A stretch of DNA of 64,000 nt from positions 11,229-75,228 of the forward strand of contig JBDRWD010000004.1 in the NCBI GenBank assembly GCA_039802205.1, written 5' to 3'. This document shows, in pieces, positions 27,659 through 35,402 of this stretch. Numbering within the stretch: the stretch's first letter is position 1; each line of letters starts with the position of its first letter. Position numbers and translations under genes: made by a program. The notes under the pieces are model-generated. The model ran no database searches. It was not told where the DNA came from and was given only the letters and a program-made list of their open reading frames with translations. The DNA comes from a candidate division WOR-3 bacterium. Lineage in GTDB: Bacteria > Hydrothermota > Tepidihabitantia > SM23-42 > JAOAFX01.

Positions 27659-29578
27659 TTATTTAATAATTACCACCTTTTTGACTTCTTGATGATCATT
27701 AATCCTTGAAGAGATAAAATAAACCCCATTGGGAAGCTCAGGCAAAGTTAGTGCATATTCGCCAGGCGGATAAGATTTTCTCAGGTTCCATATTCTCCGT
27801 CCCAGAGTATTATAAACTGAAATTTCCACCGCGCTAGTTTGGCAAAGTCTAAGATTGATTCTAAGCATCCGGGCTACGGTTTGGGTGGTGATATTGTTTG
27901 TCTTGATGGTTGCTTTAGCCAGTTCTTCGAGAGAAACCGTAGATGGCAACACCGGTAAAAGTAGATGAGAGGGAAGCGCGGGTGTCCGGTAGACTTTCTG
28001 GGTAGCCACCAGAAAATTGGGGTCATCCCTTCTAAAAGGAGCGCCGGTATTGGGATTTTTTTCAAATCTTGGATAATTAGAGGAAGAAATAATTACCCTT
28101 AAGCGATGTCCGGTATTAAATACCTGGGCAGTGCTCCATAAGTCAATATTGAATGTGTCAGGTACATTAGGAATTAACGAATCCTCTCTATCGAATCCAT
28201 GTCTGTGCCGTGCCATTAGAATATTGTCGGTTACCAAAATTGACCTGCCATCAGGATAGACATCAGTAACTCTTATCGCCCAGTCAGTATCATAGCGGTC
28301 AGAAGCCGCATAGAGAACGAATTTTAATTTACCGATCACGGTCAAAGGCGAGGTTAGTGGCGGTGTTGAGAATATTAGAACATCCGACCGGTTCTCAATT
28401 GGTCTCTGGTCGATCGGACCGTAACCATGAGTGAGTCCGATGAACTCTCTACCACCATAGGTTGTACAGGGATTTGCCGGGTCATAGATAAAGGTATCAA
28501 TCGCAAATGTAGTTGGGGGTAGGGTATCAAGCAGGTGGTTATCCCGGAGATAATACTTTTTATACACAACCTGGGGCAGGGGCCAGGTGTCAGCCTCAAT
28601 CCAGCGGTTCCAGTTTGTCGTATCCTGGGTATCACAATCTCCCATTAGGTAGAATTTGACTTTAGGCGGCGGAATCGGACCACCTCCTTCTTTCATCCAG
28701 TAATCATACCAGTCCAATAACATCTGAATAAAACTCAGTTCATCCATTTCGGCATTCGGTGGATAGACCAAGTCTCCCTGTTCCCTTGTTCCCCAGGCAT
28801 CACCATGCCCCCAGGGTCCGATAAACAATTTTTGGTTATGAAATCTTTTCTGCAATTCGCTGAACGCCTCAAGCACACCGTCTGTATACATATCATACCA
28901 GCCCTCAACATGGAACATTGGATAATTCGCGACATTGTATTTTTGAGAAAGATCGACGATTGACCAGCGGTTACAATAATTTGGATAATTACAAACCGTA
29001 TCAATAAGCCAGGGTGTATCAACACCGTGTAGCCAGGTTTCAACAAGTGCCTTCCTGAATTCGCCACCGGTGAATGCACAATCACGATAAAGATTCGGTG
29101 CCGCAACCATCGGTGCACAGCAAACAAGATGGGGAGGCAGTGCGCCTGCTGCATAATATTGGGTCATTCCATGGGCAGAGGCGCCGATCATTCCAACCTT
29201 TCCATTACACCAGTTTCTATTTGCCACCCATTCCACCGCATCATAGCCGTCCTGTAGATCCCCCCAGCCATCAGTCCAGAAGACCATCGGTTCACCTTCG
29301 GAATCACCATAACCCCGTAGGTTTTGAACCACAAGGGCATAACCCATTATATCACAGATCAAAGTGATATAAGTATCATCCCAGCCCCTTCCATAAGGGG
29401 TTCTCTGTAATAATGCCGGTGCCTTCAGTATCGGGTTGTTCCAGAAAGGACGATAGATATCAGTCCCCAATCTCACGCCGTCTCTCATCGGTACACCAAC
29501 GCTATCGGTCTGATAGCCAAACGCCGATACGCTGAAAAGCAAAAACAGACATAAAAAGATTATGTTTTTATTTTTCAT
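27659..29578 (-). CDS. CocE/NonD-family (S15 X-Pro dipeptidyl-peptidase-like) hydrolase with a T9SS C-terminal domain.
   Basis: RTPYGRG...GYALVVQNLRGYGDSEG..GMIGASAHG, a GxSYxG-like nucleophile elbow. The C-terminal domain ends ISVYNTLGRRI...GVYFISSR. RBS AAGGAGG precedes ATG 29578. The stop lies 2 nt from the stop of the convergent M28 gene. Confidence 0.8.
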   Translation of the reverse strand: MKNKNIIFLCLFLLFSVSAFGYQTDSVGVPMRDGVRLGTDIYRPFWNNPILKAPALLQRTPYGRGWDDTYITLICDIMGYALVVQNLRGYGDSEGEPMVFWTDGWGDLQDGYDAVEWVANRNWCNGKVGMIGASAHGMTQYYAAGALPPHLVCCAPMVAAPNLYRDCAFTGGEFRKALVETWLHGVDTPWLIDTVCNYPNYCNRWSIVDLSQKYNVANYPMFHVEGWYDMYTDGVLEAFSELQKRFHNQKLFIGPWGHGDAWGTREQGDLVYPPNAEMDELSFIQMLLDWYDYWMKEGGGPIPPPKVKFYLMGDCDTQDTTNWNRWIEADTWPLPQVVYKKYYLRDNHLLDTLPPTTFAIDTFIYDPANPCTTYGGREFIGLTHGYGPIDQRPIENRSDVLIFSTPPLTSPLTVIGKLKFVLYAASDRYDTDWAIRVTDVYPDGRSILVTDNILMARHRHGFDREDSLIPNVPDTFNIDLWSTAQVFNTGHRLRVIISSSNYPRFEKNPNTGAPFRRDDPNFLVATQKVYRTPALPSHLLLPVLPSTVSLEELAKATIKTNNITTQTVARMLRINLRLCQTSAVEISVYNTLGRRIWNLRKSYPPGEYALTLPELPNGVYFISSRINDHQEVKKVVIIK

Positions 29579-29617
29579 AATGACCTCCTTATTCTTAACC
29601 TGGTTTATAATCATCGT

Positions 29618-32044
29618 CTATTCAATCTTTATTATTTTTTTCTTAATTTCTCCTATTTTACTTCCTTTTAATACAAAAAAGTAAATGCCAGATGGCAGAA
29701 GATTGCCATCCTGGTCTAATCCATCCCAGTTTAGGGTTGTATTTTTCTCTCTCAATGGACCAGAAAATAACCGCCGAACAGATTGCCCTAATGCATTTCT
29801 AATTTCACATTCAATGTCTGTCTTAAATTGAAGACTTATGTCAATTTGAATTCGGTCGCGAAATGGATTTGGTCCTAATGATATCTGGATATTCTTTTTA
29901 TTTTCGGTATTTTTTTCTTCTACAAAATACCCAATCGTATCAACCTGTAATTCCACATAATTGGAATAAAGCGAATGATGACAAGCCGATTTACTTTGAC
30001 GATAAGCAAGCACATGTGCAATCCACTGTGAATCAGCTGGCAATAACGGTACTTTTTCAAGATTCTTATGTGGCAAATCAGTATACCATTCAGGATAATA
30101 TTCATTTATCTTTCTTTTATTCCATTCTTTCAGATAAGCAACATGGATTGAATCATCAGGATAATGTCTTTTTACATCCCCTTTTATGAAAGCCAGAACA
30201 ATATCCCAGATTTCTTTAAAAGACAACGGGAAATCCCATTTAGACTTTGCTACAATCCGCGCAATGATAGCCCCAATCAAACCCGGTATTTTATCATAAG
30301 GATACCAGCACATACCATTGCCCACAAGCACACCTGCCATCCCTTTAAAAGGCAAGGGCTCTATTGAATAGGCATAAGCCCGACCAGGTAATGCTTCTTT
30401 ATAGTAACCATAAACATAAATAATATAATCCCTTGTCCAGCCAGGTTTTAAGGAAGGCAATGAACTGGCATCAAAACCTAAATCAATCTCATCCCCATGA
30501 TGCATAATTACAAAACAATCATCAACTCCTTTTAATAACGGCTGGACATCACCATATTTTGTTGCATTTCCAAAAACCGCAGGGAAATCATTATCAACAA
30601 GTTGATGATAATGATACTCACCAGGATATTTACCATCTTTAGAATAGTAGGCACCATAACCATAGTAATGCAAGTCTGCATATTTTAATGGCACCTCAAA
30701 TATTGCATAATCAGTGTGGGTATTTTCTTCTATCCAGACCTTATCCACATAGACGACCTCATCAAATGTAATCCGCAAACGATGGTCATCAGTCAGAAAG
30801 ATTGACCTCCCTTTTTTATCATAGAGTGGAAAGACCATCGTCTTACTCGTCCCTGCAGGATAACCACAATACCCGATTTTTTTCCAGCGTCCATCCTTGC
30901 CAATCACCTCAACCTTAGGGAATTTGATAGTCCTCCCTCTTTGTTTCAAGCGGTAACGCAAACTCACATAGTCATAGACATCATCGTCAGAAAACCGTGT
31001 GGAACCATTGAGGAATAAGACTGCCTTTGCTGGATTCATTAACTCACCAAGGTCAAACTCAATTATTAAAGGATCATTGAAAGAAAAAGGCACATAGTTT
31101 CGGTCAGTTTCTTTTATATAATTTAACACATCCTTTCCATCAACCGTGCGCGCGGCAATCGGCAATTTCTTCTCAATGGTTGCAAAAATTTTGAATGGAG
31201 GTGGTGGAAAGATTGCAGCTTCATTAGGATAAATAGCCACCCCTTCAGGATGGTCAACCGCCAGGAGTTTGACCTGGTCAATATATGAAACCTCAGGTTT
31301 CATCTCATTCAGTTTAATAGAAATAATTCCATTATCTTTCGTCTTGATCTGATGGGAAGGAATCTTAAGATATTCATCAGGGTCGATGGGCATATAAATA
31401 TTAAACCCGGCTATTCTATCTACCCATAATCCCAGATTGGCACTGGCGATCACATCACCAACAAATTCATATTCCTTACCATTCCAGGAAAAGAGCAAAG
31501 GACATGAACCTTTATAAGCCTCAGCTGCCAAGAAGGTATAGGAACTATCATTTATAATCCAGTCAATGGTATCACTCGCAGTACAAACCCAGGATAACAA
31601 TGTGTCAGTATCTCCACTGATCGCCGGGCTATAGAACCAGTGAGAACTATCTCCCCTTGTATCATAAATAAATAATTGAGCAACAGGATGGTATGTACCA
31701 GCCCTATGGCCATACCATCTGAAGGTCATCCGGGCAATTTTATTAATAGGTTCATTTATTCTAAAACGATACAATTGGGTCACAAATCTTGTGGTATCTG
31801 GATTATATGTAATCCACCACAATGTATCAAAAAAAGCGATTGCATTTTTTTCTTCTGGAGTTGCAGGTTGATAACCAGGGTTCCCAGGTTTTAGTTGAGG
31901 CGGTGCCCGGCTGTCTGAGGGATTCTTCCATGCCTCACTTCCAGGGCTCTGGATTGTATAGATAATCTGACTCCAGACTGGGGAGGTAAAAAATAACACA
32001 ATCATTACCACCCCTACAAGGATAACAAGATATTTTTTGGCCAT
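29618..32044 (-). CDS. Secreted protein of unknown function with a T9SS C-terminal domain.
   Basis: A signal peptide is predicted to be cleaved at VWS|Q. No recognisable catalytic motif was found. A clear C-terminal domain is present: NPFRDR...IRNALGQSV...SGIYFFVL. Start at ATG 32044. Confidence 0.6.
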   Translation of the reverse strand: MAKKYLVILVGVVMIVLFFTSPVWSQIIYTIQSPGSEAWKNPSDSRAPPQLKPGNPGYQPATPEEKNAIAFFDTLWWITYNPDTTRFVTQLYRFRINEPINKIARMTFRWYGHRAGTYHPVAQLFIYDTRGDSSHWFYSPAISGDTDTLLSWVCTASDTIDWIINDSSYTFLAAEAYKGSCPLLFSWNGKEYEFVGDVIASANLGLWVDRIAGFNIYMPIDPDEYLKIPSHQIKTKDNGIISIKLNEMKPEVSYIDQVKLLAVDHPEGVAIYPNEAAIFPPPPFKIFATIEKKLPIAARTVDGKDVLNYIKETDRNYVPFSFNDPLIIEFDLGELMNPAKAVLFLNGSTRFSDDDVYDYVSLRYRLKQRGRTIKFPKVEVIGKDGRWKKIGYCGYPAGTSKTMVFPLYDKKGRSIFLTDDHRLRITFDEVVYVDKVWIEENTHTDYAIFEVPLKYADLHYYGYGAYYSKDGKYPGEYHYHQLVDNDFPAVFGNATKYGDVQPLLKGVDDCFVIMHHGDEIDLGFDASSLPSLKPGWTRDYIIYVYGYYKEALPGRAYAYSIEPLPFKGMAGVLVGNGMCWYPYDKIPGLIGAIIARIVAKSKWDFPLSFKEIWDIVLAFIKGDVKRHYPDDSIHVAYLKEWNKRKINEYYPEWYTDLPHKNLEKVPLLPADSQWIAHVLAYRQSKSACHHSLYSNYVELQVDTIGYFVEEKNTENKKNIQISLGPNPFRDRIQIDISLQFKTDIECEIRNALGQSVRRLFSGPLREKNTTLNWDGLDQDGNLLPSGIYFFVLKGSKIGEIKKKIIKIE

Positions 32045-32074
32045 ATTACACCCCTTTTTATTTTTGTCCATTTT

Positions 32075-33745
32075 TTATTTCAACTTGATAACCTTTCCTA
32101 TCTTTATGCATCCCCCATACTCAAACTTAACAAAATAAACGCCCGCAGGTAATTTGCGATCCGAATCATCAGAACCGTCCCACACAACCGTTGACTGTTC
32201 ACCGTTTACCGTTAACCGAGAAAGATCTTTAACCATTCTACCGCTTACATCGTATATCGCAAGGCTGAAGCCTTGCCCGACATTTCCGTTTGGATTTTGG
32301 GATTTGGTGCTTGGGATTTGAAATTTAATAACACAGTGATTCTGGAATGGATTCGGTAATACGTTGAGCGAGATTATCATATTTTTCGTCTTGCTTTGTT
32401 CATGGATACCGGTCGTTGCCTGTAATGCCTTCCAGACATTCAACCTTCCCCAACCATAATTATTATTCGGATATGGTGCACCAGGAGCAGGTCTATCTGC
32501 ATTATTGAGCAGAATATTATAAATCTCAGTAACTGAAAGATTTGGATTCTTCTCAAAAAGTATTGCTACAGCACCGGTGGCATGGACACAGGATAATGAA
32601 GTTCCATGGATTGTTGTGTATTGCTGATTGAGCCAGGCAGTTCTTATACTATAACCAGGTGCGCACAAATCCGGTTTGGTCAAATTCCAGTCATTCCGAT
32701 ACCAGTATGTAGTATCATTCCAAGGGACACTATCAGGTGCTGGACCACGCGAAGAAAACGATACGATTGTATCATTGACATTCGTTGCCCCGATGCCCAG
32801 CACCGTTGGATAGTTGCCTGGAGTATTTGTAGTCATTGAACCAGGACCGGCATTTCCAATTGAAAAGACTGGCAAAATTTCAAGTGATTTCAGGGTATTA
32901 CAGATATCCCACCAAGTGAGGTCAAATTGATTTGAACTCCCCCAGGCATTGTTAATTGCCCTAATATCAAAACCGGAATCCACTTTTAAAGTAGCGAACC
33001 ACTGTAATGCAACAATTGGGCTAACATTACCTCCGATCATTGCAACACATAATTTTACATCTGGGGCTACACCGATATCATCGGTAAACGGACCCAATCC
33101 ATCACCACCACATATAATACCAGCACAGGCTGTGCCATGACCATTGTCATCGTATGGATATGGGATACCATGCCAAAAATCCCGCCATTTTATCAACTTA
33201 CCGCCCCGCAATGCGGGATGGGTTGTATCTAGTCCAGTATCAAGCATACCGACTATTATACTATCGCCAGTATATCCATAATACCAGCAGGAATCCGCCA
33301 TTATTCGCTGAATGTTCCATTCAGGAGTGCGCGATGTTGTTCCTGATTCTTCTATGATGGGAATTGGTTTGACTTCAGGGATATGGGATATCAATCTTAC
33401 CGACGGATGACGGGCAAGTTCTTTTATAACTCGCACACTCGCCCTTAAATATATCCCATTCACAATCCAGAATTGCAAAACAGAATCTATTTCCCCGGGA
33501 AATCTTTTCAAAAACTCCATAATTGGCTTCTGGCTATCTCTGGCGATTGACTTGAATACTTCTGCCTTTTGTTTTATGGTCAGGTCTCCAAGTGTATTGT
33601 CAGGATAAGGTTGATTGATAATAACTAAAACCTCAATTCTTGTATCGTTGCTAATCTTTATTAGTTGTTCTTGTAGTTGTGGTGAAATGTTTTCCTGTCT
33701 TGCTTCCAATCCAAATCCAACAAGTATTAATAGAACTAACCACAT
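32075..33745 (-). CDS. S8 subtilisin-family peptidase with a T9SS C-terminal domain.
   Basis: GMLDTGLDTTHPAL (Asp), GHGTACAG (His), GTSLSCVHATG (Ser). The C-terminal domain ends NPFQNH...LAIYDVSGRMV...GVYFVKF. A signal peptide is present and the RBS is GGAGGA. Confidence 0.85.
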   Translation of the reverse strand: MWLVLLILVGFGLEARQENISPQLQEQLIKISNDTRIEVLVIINQPYPDNTLGDLTIKQKAEVFKSIARDSQKPIMEFLKRFPGEIDSVLQFWIVNGIYLRASVRVIKELARHPSVRLISHIPEVKPIPIIEESGTTSRTPEWNIQRIMADSCWYYGYTGDSIIVGMLDTGLDTTHPALRGGKLIKWRDFWHGIPYPYDDNGHGTACAGIICGGDGLGPFTDDIGVAPDVKLCVAMIGGNVSPIVALQWFATLKVDSGFDIRAINNAWGSSNQFDLTWWDICNTLKSLEILPVFSIGNAGPGSMTTNTPGNYPTVLGIGATNVNDTIVSFSSRGPAPDSVPWNDTTYWYRNDWNLTKPDLCAPGYSIRTAWLNQQYTTIHGTSLSCVHATGAVAILFEKNPNLSVTEIYNILLNNADRPAPGAPYPNNNYGWGRLNVWKALQATTGIHEQSKTKNMIISLNVLPNPFQNHCVIKFQIPSTKSQNPNGNVGQGFSLAIYDVSGRMVKDLSRLTVNGEQSTVVWDGSDDSDRKLPAGVYFVKFEYGGCIKIGKVIKLK

Positions 33746-33762
33746 AGCAATCCTCCAGCAAA

Positions 33763-33791
33763 ATCATATACCACAATAAATCCTTTGTCAA
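33763..33791 (-). promoter_or_regulatory. Sigma70-like promoter for the 32075-33745 S8 gene.
   Basis: On the minus strand: TTGACA (33786-33791), a 17-nt spacer, then TATGAT (33763-33768). The RBS GGAGGA follows. Confidence 0.45.
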
Positions 33792-33843
33792 GACCCCATA
33801 CTATCATTAACTTCCATTCAGCGCTGTCTGGTATTTCTCAATA

Positions 33844-35190
33844 TTAAAATACTACAAATTTTTTCGTAAAGCTTTCTCTTCTATCAGGATAAAATTTAAT
33901 AAAATAGCATCCTTTCACTAATTTGGGAAGTTCTATGACCGAAGAGCAAATATCACTTTTCTCAAAGACTTTTCTACCGAGGGCATCAAAGATTTCAATT
34001 TTATTATATCTCTCTCTGTTTCCAAGGTTAAATTGGATTCTTTTGCCTGACGGGAAGATAGTAGGTGAACTCTGATTATTCAATGCAATATCTCGCTTTT
34101 CCTCAACCGCTACATTCAACGGCGTATATCTGAATGCGGATAATCTTGTGCCACCTGCATAACCCCATCTTGAATTGAACATATCCATTCCCAATGGTGA
34201 ACAACCCCAGGGACTGTTATCAAATATCACAGTATCCACAAGCCATTGATTTCCACTGTTGGTCGTTTTTAAGAAGATACTAAAATGGCTTCCCTCCCAG
34301 CCGGCACGATTACCACCGCCAACGGCAAATCCATTCTGATTATCAACAAATTCAATCGCATATAAGCCATATTTACCAATGGATACCGATGGTCCCATTA
34401 CTTCAACCCAATTGTTTCCGCCATCGGTTGTTCTGAAGAAAATTCCGGGTGATGCAGAATCCCTTAATCCGCAGACCCAGCCATTGAGGTTATCAATAAA
34501 ATGGACACCATAAAATTGATACATCGCATTTGAAACTTGTGCGGTCCAGCTGGTCCCACCATTTGTTGTATGGAGAATCAATCCATTTATTCCCTGATGA
34601 TTTATTGTGTCATAATCACCACCCACAATCCAGCCCTCATTGGGATTGATAAAATAGATGCTTTTTAAAGAACCGGAGACTGGTGCACTCTGGGTAGTCC
34701 AGGAAGAACCACCGTTGGTTGTTTTTCTAATATCGCTGTTTGCACCGGCAATCCAGCCGGTATTCGCATCAAGGAAGAATACATCATCCCACATCTTACC
34801 GATGAATTCAAAAGTCAAACCATAGATATTCGTCCAGGAATTACCGCCATCAGTAGTTTTGTAAACAACTGCTGCGGGAAAGAGATTAGCTATTATTCCC
34901 ATTGCTGTAAGATAGCCGATACTGGTATTGACAAAATCCATCCCGAAGACAAACATGCACTGGTTGATGGTCCAGGGACGTATCTCCTGCCAGGTATTAC
35001 CGCCATCCGTCGTTTTATAAATAATCCCTCCCACCTGGTCTCTCACACCACAAAGAATACCTATCATGGAATCAGGCGCTGCGGCATCCAGAAATCCATT
35101 ATCTGTTGGCTCATAATGGCGTGTTTCCCATCTTGATATGCCAAAGAGCCCCCATGTGAGAGTAACGTACATTATAAAAAATTTTTTCAT
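33844..35190 (-). CDS. BNR/Asp-box beta-propeller protein (Ycf48/sortilin-like) with a T9SS C-terminal domain.
   Basis: Six repeats of the pattern YKTTDGGNTW / TTNGGSSW / TTNGGTSW / TTDGGNNW, plus a signal peptide. The C-terminal domain ends IEIFDALGRKV...GCYFIKF. RBS AAGGAGGAATT. Confidence 0.7.
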   Translation of the reverse strand: MKKFFIMYVTLTWGLFGISRWETRHYEPTDNGFLDAAAPDSMIGILCGVRDQVGGIIYKTTDGGNTWQEIRPWTINQCMFVFGMDFVNTSIGYLTAMGIIANLFPAAVVYKTTDGGNSWTNIYGLTFEFIGKMWDDVFFLDANTGWIAGANSDIRKTTNGGSSWTTQSAPVSGSLKSIYFINPNEGWIVGGDYDTINHQGINGLILHTTNGGTSWTAQVSNAMYQFYGVHFIDNLNGWVCGLRDSASPGIFFRTTDGGNNWVEVMGPSVSIGKYGLYAIEFVDNQNGFAVGGGNRAGWEGSHFSIFLKTTNSGNQWLVDTVIFDNSPWGCSPLGMDMFNSRWGYAGGTRLSAFRYTPLNVAVEEKRDIALNNQSSPTIFPSGKRIQFNLGNRERYNKIEIFDALGRKVFEKSDICSSVIELPKLVKGCYFIKFYPDRRESFTKKFVVF

Positions 35191-35364
35191 AATTCCTCCT
35201 TGTTTTTCAGATTTTTAAAGCCATTGTTTTCTGTTTATAGTTAATTTTAATTAAAACTATGCACTCGTCAACTACTATTTTATCGCCCAGTGTGTCATTT
35301 TTTTAGCAATTCAAGGGCTGAAAAGAGTGAAATTACCAATACATTAAGCGTGAATTAATAATTA

Positions 35365-35392
35365 TTGACCGATTTAAAAAAATTACTATAAT
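35365..35392 (+). promoter_or_regulatory. Sigma70-like promoter for the regulator gene.
   Basis: TTGACC (35365-35370), a 16-nt spacer, then TATAAT (35387-35392). The ATG at 35403 lies 10 nt downstream with no Shine-Dalgarno sequence, so the transcript is near-leaderless. Confidence 0.4.
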
Positions 35393-35402
35393 ATTCCCGC
35401 AT

